Shown in pieces: positions 9,139 through 19,689 of a stretch of DNA of 64,000 bases. A program made the translations under genes and the position numbers. How positions within the stretch are numbered: the first letter of the stretch is position 1; the number at the start of each line of letters is the position of its first letter. The notes under the pieces were generated by a model. That model worked only from the letters and a program-made list of their open reading frames with translations, did not search any database and was not told the origin of the DNA. Source of the DNA: a virus (Duplodnaviria; Caudoviricetes); IMG/VR virus record IMGVR_UViG_3300017569_000030, positions 1-64,000 of that record. One strand, given 5' to 3'.

Positions 9139-9227
9139 TAGCCCATGTAGGAATCGAACCCACCCCGCCGTCCTCAGAAGACAATACAGATTTAGAGTCT
9201 GTCCGTGCAACCATACACCAATGGGCT
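9139..9227 (-). tRNA. Amber suppressor tRNA (anticodon CUA) with long variable arm
   Basis: AGCCCAT/ATGGGCT acceptor, GTGT-ATGGTT-GCAC D arm, ACAGA-CTCTAAA-TCTGT anticodon arm, variable stem TTGTCTT-CTG-AGGACGG, GTGGG-TTCGATT-CCTAC T arm, A73; 89 nt. Confidence 0.92.
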
Positions 9228-9296
9228 ATTTGGCAGCTTTTAAAGCTGCCTAGTACTAAAACAACTGGTTAGTACTCTGAATACTTATAAGTATTA

Positions 9297-9731
9297 TTAG
9301 AATCTTTCGTAAAGTTCTACCAACTTTTGAATTTCATGTTGTATAGTCTGGCAAGCTACTTCACCCGCTACATCCAACATATCTTTTACTTCTTTTACTT
9401 GTTCTTCATTAAAAGTTTCAAGTTCTAAAAGATCATTGAAATGATTAAGGTTAATTTTAGTTCCCAATTCTTCAGACATCTTAACAAATAAATTATCATC
9501 AAAATCTTCAATAATTTCTTTGTAATTTTTTATTTGTTCTTTTATTTCCGAATCATCAAAATTAGAAGTTTCTAAATTAATCTTAACTGTTCCGTCTTTC
9601 TTTTCAAACTTAAGTTTAACTCCATCCTTCTCAAATTCTTTCATAGTATTATCTGGAATACTATCACCTAATATACCCATCAACCACTGATTAAGTATAT
9701 CCAATTCGCTGTTAATTAATGTGTTCAACAT
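9297..9731 (-). CDS. Acidic hypothetical protein
   Basis: 144-aa ORF with no TAG, upstream of the suppressor tRNA. Confidence 0.75.
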   Translation of the reverse strand: MLNTLINSELDILNQWLMGILGDSIPDNTMKEFEKDGVKLKFEKKDGTVKINLETSNFDDSEIKEQIKNYKEIIEDFDDNLFVKMSEELGTKINLNHFNDLLELETFNEEQVKEVKDMLDVAGEVACQTIQHEIQKLVELYERF

Positions 9732-9812
9732 AGTTATTATATTTTATAAGTTTTATATAATGCAATATTAATAATTCTATTGTTAATTAAAAATCAATTA
9801 TTGTTAAATAAA

Positions 9813-10733
9813 TTAAAAATTAAGTACTCCTCCAAATTTCAATTTAAAACCCTATTCTAACCATTCTGGAATAGTCTAATAATTAAAATCAATAATCCTG
9901 GGCTAACCTCTCCAATTTAATCCAACATTATCTGGACTAATATCATCAATTACTACTCGATTATTTCTATAAGCCCTATATTGTATTTTTGGATCAGTAA
10001 CTATTCTAAATCCTTTACTTGTCATCATCTAATCAAGTCTTTTAAGTACTTGAGGCCAAATATCGTTAGTAATTGTCTTTAATTTTTTCTACGCATAAAC
10101 AGGAAAATTCTATCCTTCAGAAAGAATATTCCCAATATACTTTACTTTTTCTATATTAGGAATACGATTTTTAGCAAACTAATAACCACTATAAATAACC
10201 TTTGCAACTTTATTAGGAGTATTATCTAATACTGTAGCTTCAGCCCCTTCTCCTATTTTATGTTTTAAATATTTAGAAAGTTCTCCAAAATTTTTAGTTC
10301 CTTTAGGTAAAATAGGATTAGCCATTTTATAAGACCATTTTATACCTTTTATAATACCATTTCCAAAAATATTAGAAGGATTAGTTGGACTAAAAGTAGA
10401 AATAAAAGTAAGATCCTTGGCTAATTTATCAGATTCTTTATCAGGTTTCTAAACCCATTTACCGTTTTCCTATTTCCAACCACTAGCAGCTGCTACAGCA
10501 GCATTTTCATTTATAGCAGCACCCAAAGTAATATTAGTTAACCATTGTAGGAATGAATTAGGTTTATTACCAACTATTTCAACTTCTGGTAATTGTAAAG
10601 TTCCTTCAGTTTCATTTCCTTCATTATCAATAAACCTACTATTTCCATTAGGTTTCCATCCTGCTAATTTCTTCCTTTCACCAGTAGTCATTTGAATATC
10701 TTTACCTATTTGAAACTTAGGTATAATTTTCAT
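9813..10733 (-). CDS. Protein-kinase-like protein (code 15, 306 aa)
   Basis: Continuous when TAG=Gln; IGEGAEATV, VAK, DDISPDNV and IIDF motifs. Confidence 0.6.
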
Positions 10734-10902
10734 ATTTCCTAGTTTATTTATTTCTAGTCAACATAATTTATTATCACATCTGGAAATGAATATCACTCTA
10801 TATCATTGGTGTATGATCAAAGTTCATTTCTTCTCTTCTGGTGAATTTGGTAAATTAGTTCTAAATTCTCCAGTCTTAATGTTTAGATAACCATACTCAC
10901 CG

Positions 10903-11151
10903 TTAATTCCTCGACTTCTTATCCATTCTCCCATCTTTCTTCCAGATTCCAGTAATTGAATCAATTCCAAGTAAAGCACATACAGCATATATAAAAGTTT
11001 CTGTAATAATAGGAGCTTCTATACCCATTAAAGTACAATATATAAGTATTCCTATTATTATCACAAATCCCAATACACCACATACTCTTTTACTACTAAA
11101 CCCAGAATGAGCAGTTACCATTAATTTAAAGTATTCTATTATCTTTTTCAT
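10903..11151 (-). CDS. Holin-like membrane protein
   Basis: 82 aa, two transmembrane segments, charged C-terminus. Confidence 0.55.
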   Translation of the reverse strand: MKKIIEYFKLMVTAHSGFSSKRVCGVLGFVIIIGILIYCTLMGIEAPIITETFIYAVCALLGIDSITGIWKKDGRMDKKSRN

Positions 11152-11423
11152 ATTTTAACTCGTCTTTTATATAATTGTTTATTTTTTATATCCAAGCTTC
11201 CTCCATGTAATTTACGATGACAGTTGGCACATAATAAACAAGTTTTATTCATCTCTTTAATAATGTCTTCTTCAGATATTCCGCGTCTAAGACGATGAGA
11301 TAAAGAAAATAATTTATCATTAGGAAATATGTGATGAAATTCCAAACAACAAGGATCGGATTCACCACATATTACACACTAATGAGTTTGTTTATACTGT
11401 TTTAATAATTTTGTTGGATTCAT
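11148..11423 (-). CDS. Small HNH endonuclease (code 15)
   Basis: Q(TAG)CVICGESDPCCLEFHH..CLLCANCHRKLH. Confidence 0.8.
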
Positions 11424-11740
11424 AAGCATTTAAGCCAAGAATACTTTTTTCTTGATTGAATATAATCCAAATTATTTTCATTGTCATAAGCTTCTACTTC
11501 AAAACTTATATTCTTATAAGCTTGAGTAAAATTAAAACAATATATCCATCTTATTAAAAATTCTAGTATATACCAGATTAAAAAGAATATAACAAGCATT
11601 TCTTTTTCTTGCTACCAATGTATAGCTTCATGATTAATATCAACATCATTTAGTTTTGCATTTGGTCTAGCAAAGATAAACGGACCAATAGTCATAGCTT
11701 TATATCCTTGTAATAACCAATTAGTTCTAATTATTTTCAT
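11420..11740 (-). CDS. Small HExxH-motif protein (code 15)
   Basis: AMTIGPFIF..INHEAIHWQQ..ISFEVEAY. Confidence 0.65.
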
Positions 11741-11955
11741 ACTATTAATAGAATAATTATTATTTGTATTATTTGACCTACTAATCCTCCTAATATGGTT
11801 GCTATAAAATCTAACCAATCCCATTTATTGCCATATTGTTTATCTTTAAATTCCAACCCTCCTGCAACTCCTATCACACACAATATAGTAAGAATTAATC
11901 CAATAGGAATTGCATATAGAAAATGTTTCATTCGATTACTTTCGGTTAACCACAT
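11737..11955 (-). CDS. Small membrane protein
   Basis: KHFLYAI..EFKDK..WDWLDFIAT..GG; hydrophobic. Confidence 0.7.
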   Translation of the reverse strand: MWLTESNRMKHFLYAIPIGLILTILCVIGVAGGLEFKDKQYGNKWDWLDFIATILGGLVGQIIQIIIILLIV

Positions 11956-11986
11956 TTAATTTCATTAAATTATATATAAAACCATT

Positions 11987-12616
11987 CTATATCTTTGCAC
12001 CTTTCTTTGCTTTTAGAGCATATTTAATTCTACGTGGTAAGTTAGCATAATCTTTATGTGGTCTTTCAAACTTATCCATGAATACTTTAGTAGCTTCTTC
12101 TACAGAAGTAGTTTCTTTTAATGCAGATAAAGCTCTACTATATGTATTATTCAACTCCCACCACAGATAATCTAATTGATCTTGTTTACTTGGATTAGTT
12201 CCATACATCTAAAATAATTTAGTTTTTCTTTCTCCAGTCCACTATGCTAAACCGTATGAATTATGACCATCTTTTGATTTAGCATTAATATTTCCTCCAC
12301 TTTCCTACATTAAATTTCCATAAATACCTTTAGCTTGATTTAAAGTTAATCCTTTATTTACAAAGTAATTAACTATATCATTATTAGAAGTTATATCATT
12401 TTCAGAAATATTTCCCTCAGCCCTAGGTTTAGAATAAGTTCCGAATTGCACTTCCTATTCAAATATAGGAGTTTTCATATCACTAATCAAAGAAGATAGA
12501 TTAGAAACATCATATAATTTGTCATCTTCAGTTTGTTTAATACTTGGAACATAATCATTAGGAATAATATCTGGAGTATCTGTCATGTCGTATGTTGTAA
12601 AAAATTCTTTATACAT
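11987..12616 (-). CDS. Phage tail-lysozyme-type muramidase (code 15, 209 aa)
   Basis: GIYGNLMQ(TAG)ESG, YGLAQ(TAG)WTGER, QLDYL..EL, KFERP. Confidence 0.85.
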
Positions 12617-12890
12617 GATTAAAATGTCTAGCGTTATCAGCAAACACAGCTCTCTTTCTTACAGCTGGGTCACTACTATTTTTTCCTTTCTAAATACATT
12701 CTTGAGTTACTTTTCCTCCACAGTAGTCAGTAAACTTACCTTTATTTTTCTTTTTAATCTTGATTTTATACCCTTTCTTATAGTAATCTACTAAGTTATC
12801 TGAAGAATGACTTAATACAGATAAAATAGAATCCTAATTATTCTAAATTGTTTTAATTAGGTTAGAAATTTGTAATTGAGTAAATTTCAT
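12609..12890 (-). CDS. Small basic protein (code 15)
   Basis: IKKKNKGKFTDYCGGKVTQECIQKG..RKRAVFADNARHF. Confidence 0.7.
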
Positions 12891-12920
12891 ATATATTCAA
12901 ATTTAAAATAAATAATTTAC

Positions 12921-12961
12921 TTTGATTATTCAAAAATAATAATTATATTTGTAATATCGAA
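12921..12961. promoter_or_regulatory. Overlapping divergent Bacteroidota-type promoters at the strand switch
   Basis: Plus strand TTTG(12921)-N19-TATATTTG(12944); minus strand -7 box TATTTTTG at 12931-12938. Confidence 0.6.
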
Positions 12962-13055
12962 ATTAAAAATTTTGAAGAAGAGATTTATAGATTAATTATT
13001 AGTTTTTATTTAATTAACAATATTACTGAAATATGTAGTATTATCATTTTTATCA

Positions 13056-13289
13056 ATGGATTATCAAAAAAGTTTAAATCGCAGGTTGTGGATCTCAGTA
13101 TTCTTAACAATAGTAGGAAGTGGCTTGTTAATTGCTGGATTTATTGTTCCTCCTTTAGGAATTATTGATAGTTCAGTATTAGTAGCGTTTGGTGAAACAA
13201 GTACCTTTGTTGCAGCCCTACTAGGAATAGATTATAATTATAAATATTAGATGTATAAACATGGGATGCCTTTTAATCCAAAGAAATAA
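13056..13289 (+). CDS. Holin-like membrane protein (code 15)
   Basis: Two transmembrane segments; TAG read-through to TAA at 13287. Confidence 0.55.
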
Positions 13290-13327
13290 TGATAATAAAT
13301 TTATGAATTAATAATAAAATAAAAATA

Positions 13328-14248
13328 ATGAACTTGATGAATGGCATGAAGGTGGATAAACAAAATGGGAACGTTTGTTTTAATGATGAATTTCATACTT
13401 ATTGGGATAAAAATAACAATAACAAATATATCTCAGTAACTACTTTAATTAATAAGTATGGTCAAGACTTTGATTCTAATTTTTGGAGTGCATATAAAGC
13501 ATTAGAGAAACTATTGCCTGCTGAAAGTTGGAAGATAGAAAAGAAATCACTTTTAAATAGTAAAAAATTTAAACCTGAGATTCTTGATACTTACAATATA
13601 AGTGAATTAGAATTTAACAAAGCTCAACAAGGAATACTTGATGAGTGGCAAAAAACTAATCAAGAGGCTTGCGCTAAAGGAACAAAAATACACGCAGAGT
13701 TAGAAAATTCTTTTTATGCTGCAGGTAAGAATTGTAACTTACAAAAATTTGGAATTGGTGGAAAGTTTGAATGTAAAAAGGATTATTCTGAGTTAGATTT
13801 AGAATATGGAGTATATCCAGAATATCTTATTTATAGAGAATCTAACGATGGGGTGTTACGTATTGCTGGACAAGTTGATTTAATCGTTAAACAAGGTAAC
13901 GAAATAACTATATGTGATTGGAAGACAAACGCAAAAATTGATATGAAAGGTGGGTTTGATTCATCTACTAGATCAACAACTAAAATGAAATATCCATTAA
14001 ATAATTTAGAGGAGTGTAACTTCTCACATTATACTCTTCAACTTTCTACTTATGCGTGGATGTTACAAAAATTACATCCAGAGTTTATTATTAAGGATTT
14101 AATTTTAGTTCATTTTAATCATAATGATAAAATGACTTTATATCATTGTGACTATTTAAAACATGATGTAGAGAAGATGTTATATGATTATAAAAAGCAT
14201 CTTATATTAGAAGAAAGAAGAAGTAAACGTCAAAGAATAGAATATTAA
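13328..14248 (+). CDS. PD-(D/E)XK exonuclease-like protein
   Basis: YISVTTLI, KGTKIH, PEY, IAGQVDLI..ICDWKT, HYTLQLSTY. Confidence 0.85.
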   Translation: MNLMNGMKVDKQNGNVCFNDEFHTYWDKNNNNKYISVTTLINKYGQDFDSNFWSAYKALEKLLPAESWKIEKKSLLNSKKFKPEILDTYNISELEFNKAQQGILDEWQKTNQEACAKGTKIHAELENSFYAAGKNCNLQKFGIGGKFECKKDYSELDLEYGVYPEYLIYRESNDGVLRIAGQVDLIVKQGNEITICDWKTNAKIDMKGGFDSSTRSTTKMKYPLNNLEECNFSHYTLQLSTYAWMLQKLHPEFIIKDLILVHFNHNDKMTLYHCDYLKHDVEKMLYDYKKHLILEERRSKRQRIEY

Positions 14249-14250
14249 TT

Positions 14251-14517
14251 ATGAATGCTTTTGATATTATTAAAGGTCATACAAAAGAAATACTTAATAT
14301 TAATAAAGATATAAGTGAGAAACGAATGAAGATATGTTATTCTTGTCCTATATTCTCTAATAAACTTGGAGGTATTTGTAATAGTAAATTATATTTAAAT
14401 CCAAATACTGGAGATGTGAGTACTACCCAAAAACCTGGATATATTCGAGGTTGTGGATGTAGATGTCTCGCAAAGACAAGATTGGCTACAGCAAAATGTG
14501 TAGCAGGTAAATGGTAA
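14251..14517 (+). CDS. Cys-rich small protein
   Basis: CYSC, C, GCGC, C pattern. Confidence 0.7.
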   Translation: MNAFDIIKGHTKEILNINKDISEKRMKICYSCPIFSNKLGGICNSKLYLNPNTGDVSTTQKPGYIRGCGCRCLAKTRLATAKCVAGKW

Positions 14518-14533
14518 TGTAATAAAATGATTT

Positions 14534-15115
14534 ATGAGTAAAGAAGTAAGACTTAATTTAACTAATGATGAAAAATTAGGACTTCAACAAGGATTGAACG
14601 TTCAAAGTTTTAAAGGAGATTCAATAGAAGGTATGATATAGAAAGAAAATTCACGAAAATACAATGATGAATTAGAGAAGCTACAAGAGAAAATGGAGCA
14701 AGGTAATAAAGAGGTCGAGCAATCTCAAGCTGCTTTAGAATATGATATTAATAAAGCAGAAATTAAACCAATGTTTACAAGAATTTTAGTTAAGCCTTTT
14801 AAACAAAATCCATTTCAGAAAATAGAGATTAAGAATGGTATAATTGTTGATACTGGAGGATATAATCCACATACACAGTTTAATCAACAAACTGGCAGGT
14901 ATGAGGAACAAGATCAATTTATTATGACTGGTTGTGTGATTGAAGTAGGTCCAGAAACTAAATACTTGAAAGAAGGTGATGTAGTTTACTACAGACGTGA
15001 TACTTCAATACCAGTACCTTTCTTCAAACAAGATCTGATAAGTTTAGCAGAATCACAAATTATTGCTGTGGTTAATGAGGGACTAGAAGATCGTTTTAAT
15101 AATATTAATGATTAA
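14534..15115 (+). CDS. GroES-like co-chaperonin (code 15)
   Basis: IKPMFTRILVKP..GII..TGCVIEVGPETKYLKEGDVVYY. Confidence 0.7.
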
Positions 15116-15351
15116 TGGAAGAAAATGTATTTTTTAACCCAGGAGATATTGTAACTCTAAAGAAATCTATACCAAATGCTCCTAAGATGTTAGTTATTAA
15201 AAAGGAAACTTCTTTATTCAAACACGACACAAAACGATTATAGGATAAAAGACCTATTTTAATTGGTATTCGTTGTAGATGGTTTACTAATACTGGTGAA
15301 TTACAAGAAGCTGTTTTTAATACTAAAGATTTAATATTAATTGAAAAATAA
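15115..15351 (+). CDS. Small DUF2158-like protein (code 15)
   Basis: FNPGDIVTLK..P.M..RCRWF..LQEAVFNTKDL. Confidence 0.6.
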
Positions 15352-16493
15352 TGAATTTTACCGAAGCTTTTAATCAAGCGCGTAATTCTGGAAAAGGAAT
15401 ATTTACTTGGAACGGTAAGACTTATAATACTATGAAAGAGGGAGAAGATATAAATACTTTTCGTTCTCAACATGATGATTTTAATACTTATATGACTTAG
15501 ACAGGGGCTGCATTAGGAAATACTGTTGGAGATAATCAACCTTCAACAGGTTCTGAATGGAACCCTACTCTTCAGCAACGTCAGAATATTAATCAGCAGA
15601 ATTTATAGTATTATGGAGTAACTCCTTTAAATGAAATTCAATTATCTAATTAGGTACAAGTAAATACTGAAATACCTACAGTAGTTCCTACTAAAAAATA
15701 TAGTAGAAAAGATATTAGAAATTTAATGCGTAAAGCGGGAGTAAACCCATATAGTTATTCTGGAAGTTTTCGCAGAAAATTAAGAAATCAAATGAATAAT
15801 TCAGAAATTTCTAATACTTTTAAAACTATAGTTCCAGATTATGCTTCTGCATTTAAAAATTTTTCACAAAATTTACTCTCACAATATCAATAGGGAGGAC
15901 AAATTAATATGAATGAACAAGAATTACAACAAGCCTTTTTACAGTTTTTAGCACAAAAAACTGGTGCTTAGAATCAACAAGAATTAGAGCAAATAATACA
16001 GCAATTAGGAGAAGATGGAATTAAACAAGCTTACACTGAATTTATGCAATTGTTACAGCAGCAACAAGTTCAATCTGCTAAAAATGGAGCTAAGTTAAAT
16101 TATATTAAATACCTTAGAGGACAATGCCCAGATGGATATGATCTTCAATATTATAAATCTGGTGGTCAACTTTGCAAGAAATGTATAAAGAAAGCTCAAG
16201 AAGGTATAAATACAGTTGATCCTGTTGAACAATTTAAAAGCGGACATAAATTAAGAAAGAAAGCTTGTAGTAAGATGAAATTCTAGAATGGTAATAAGAT
16301 TAATGAAAATGATACTGTCCATATTGGTAGGAAAATTTACAATTTAAGCGATAAAAAACTTCCTTATAAGAGAATATCCAAAGAGGAATATCAAAAATTA
16401 AATCTTAAAGATAAAATTCGAGTCGATGAAAAAGACTTAGACAGAGGACGTTCTATAAATACCCCAACAAAATGGACACCTAAGAAGAAGTAA
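15351..16493 (+). CDS. Gln-rich hypothetical protein, possibly virion cargo (code 15, 380 aa)
   Basis: Continuous with TAG=Gln; FNQAR..FTWNGKTYNT; AKNGAKL. Confidence 0.7.
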
Positions 16494-16524
16494 TTTCTTC
16501 TTATGATTATATGGTGATGAATTA

Positions 16525-17115
16525 ATGGTATAGGATATATTTGTTTATAATAATCAACTTAACAGAGTTGAAATAAATACTCCAGAAATATTACTTATTA
16601 AAGAGTTTGCCGATCTTATTACACCTATTAGAAATAAATGTAAAGAAGATAAAACTGGAGTAATGTGTTTACGTGCTTTTAGAGAATTTACTTATATTTG
16701 GTTAGCACTTTCATGGAAATCTATCTATTCTGATTATTCTGAACAAGAAAGACATGAAGCAGCATTAAAAGATGCTTCTTTAACGGAAGAGGAATTTAAT
16801 GACCCTACTTTTAGAGCCGCTTGTAGAAAATTTCGAGAAATATAGGAATCTAATAAATCTATAAAGTTACTTAATGCTGCTAAAGAAATGGTTGATAAAT
16901 TCATTGACTATTTTCAAACAGCTGATCCGCTTGAACGTGATGAAGTAACTGGTAAACCTATTTATAAAGTTAAGGATATTCAAGCCGAATTAAAAAACCT
17001 AATAGATGTACATGAAACTATGGTTACTTTAGAAGCACAAGTTAAGAAATAGTTAGAAACTAAATCTTCTCTTCGTGGTGGTGTTTCTGAAGATTTTGAT
17101 CCTGGAGAATTTTAA
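16525..17115 (+). CDS. Conserved protein upstream of TerL (candidate small terminase; code 15)
   Basis: Open frame with TAG=Gln; position immediately before terL. Confidence 0.55.
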
Positions 17116-17117
17116 TT

Positions 17118-19436
17118 ATGACCGAAGTTATTAAGAAAAAGCGTGGTCGTCCAAAGAAAGTTAAACTTCCAGAAGAAATTAAAACTCTTGTTGATGAAAC
17201 TACTAAGTTATCTAACCTTCCTTTGGAAGAAAAAATAGAAGAGATTAAGGAAGAAAAAAAGAAAGGTGATTGGGATATTGCTATTGATGATGAAATTCAA
17301 TTCTTTGATAAAGATTTATCTTATGAATTAACTGGTTATCGCCCTATTAATCAATATAAAGGATTAGATTTTAATCCAGATTGGTTTACAGAAACAAGAG
17401 ACACTTTTATCAGAACAGGTAAATATTGTTCTTATCTATCTGGAAGTAAGGCTTCTAGAGACTTTTGGATTGAGTAGTATAAACGCTGCAAATATGGCAT
17501 GACAGTTAACGGATATACTATTACTGGTGATCATTATTATTTCTTAAATTTTTATCAATTAAAAGACTTAGTTAATGTATCAGAAGGTGGCGCAGGACGT
17601 AATACTATATTTCCTAATTTTCTTGAAGGACAATATGAGTGGTTTCATTATCTATAGATGGCTAAAAAATTACGTTTAAATGCATGTATGATGAAAGCCA
17701 GAGCTGCTGGTTACTCAGAAATCGAAGCAGCCATTCTTGCTAAAAGTTATACTGTAATTCGAGAATCTGTAAATGTAGCTTGTGCCTTTGCTTCTACACA
17801 GTTAGATAAACTGCTTGAAAAAGTTTATGCTAATATAGCGTTTTTAGACGATAATGCTCCAGGATTTCGACATGGTAGAATAATCGATTCTTAGTATTTA
17901 AAAAAATCAGGACAATATAAAATGCTTAATGGGGTTAAAACTCCTACAGGTTGGTTATCCTAGATTCAAGGAATTGTAGTAGATAAACCTGGTAAACTAA
18001 GAGGTGATCGTACTGATATACTAATGTATGAAGAGTGTGGATTATGGCCTGGTTTTACTAAAGCTTATACTCAATCTGATGCTCTTGTAGGATAGATTGG
18101 ATATTAGTGGGGAATCCGCCTCGCTGGTGGCACTGGGGGTGAATCTGGTGCAGCTATGGAAGGATTACGTAATATGTATTATAATCCTACCATATTTGGA
18201 GTTTTACCATTTAGACATAATTACACTTAGACTGGAGAAACTGCTATTACATCTTTCTTCCTACCTGCTTTTAAAACAATAAAAGAAACTAAACTACTTG
18301 ATCACAGAGGATTTATATCTGAAGAAGAAGGGCGTAAATACTTTGATAGAACCAGAGCGTTAAAAGCTTCTAACCCTCAAGAATTAGTAGTTTATTGTGC
18401 TGAATTTTGCTATAATGGTGAAGAAGCTTTTTCTCTCGAAGGTGATAACAAATTTAATAAAGTAAATATAGCAGAATAGCTTACAAGAATAAGAGCTTTA
18501 AAACAATGCCCCCCAATTGAAATAGGATATTTAGAGTATCTTTATAAAGATGGCAAACATACTCAAGAGAATATATCTGGATTTAAATGGCTTCCTAATT
18601 AGAATGGTAAAATTAAAATTCTTGAACATCCTATTTGGACTCTATCATCTAAAAAGGATGAGGATGGAAAAGTAATATGGAATCCTCCTTCTGAAAAAAT
18701 TAGAAACTTATATGTAATTGGAATTGACGGAATTGATATTGGAAAATCTCAGACTTCTGAATACACTAAAGATCCTTCTGATTTTTGCTTAGTTGTTTAT
18801 AAAAGAGCCTACGGAATGGAAGAACCTTAGTTTGTAGCCATTTATAAGGACAGACCTAACGATGTAAGAGAGTGTTATAAAATTGCTATTAAACTAGCTC
18901 AATATTATAACGCTATGATTAATATAGAAGCAACTAGATAGAACTTAATTTCCTATGCTCGTGGATTAAAGCTGCTCAATCTTTTTATGAGAAGACCTCG
19001 AGCTACTTTATCTACTGAAGCAAGAAATACTAATAAACAATATGGAACTCCTGCAACATCAGCTATTATTGACCATCAAACAGATTTAATAGCAGACTAT
19101 GTAAACGACTATTGTCACCTTATATGGTTTGATGAAATGCTTGATGAACTCAATCGCTATACGGATGAGAATAAACGAAAGTTTGATATTATCGCAGCTA
19201 CAGCTATGGCACTTTTAGCTGATGAGGAATTACAAGGACAAGTTCCAAGATTAGTAGAAGAAAGAAAAGACACTTGGTAGGATATAGGATATTATAGAGA
19301 TTATCAAGGAAATATAAGATATGGAGTTATTCCTAAATAGAATAACTAGATATTAAGTAATAATAATTTTGGATAGTTATATGACAACTACGGAACTCGA
19401 TCAAGTGATCCACGAGTATATTCGGGATATTTATAA
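17118..19436 (+). CDS. terL: Terminase large subunit (code 15, 772 aa)
   Basis: More than ten in-frame TAG and no TAA/TGA; KARAAGYSE Walker A region, RGDRTDILMYEECG Walker B, YVIGIDGID nuclease motif. Confidence 0.92.
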
Positions 19437-19689
19437 TAAAGAATATATCGGTAAACTCTTGATTGAAAAATTAAATCCTATTGGTTATTGTATTAGATTT
19501 GGATTAAATACTCCAGAAAAGCCGATGGTTATTTATGCTGAATTAGAAGATAAACCATTTCTTAAATTCTTAAGACAGGAATTAAAAGATAGAAGATTTA
19601 ATTTAATATATTATGGAGAATTAAAATTAATTTATCCGTAGGATTGTAATCCAATAAATACTGCTTGTGGATGTCAAAAGAAGAATTAA
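19381..19689 (+). CDS. Hypothetical protein between terL and portal (code 15)
   Basis: Open frame overlapping both neighbours. Confidence 0.7.

Noticed and set aside
17118-19436. Intein or intron in TerL
   Set aside because: Continuous terminase motifs; no intein splice motifs or group I core.
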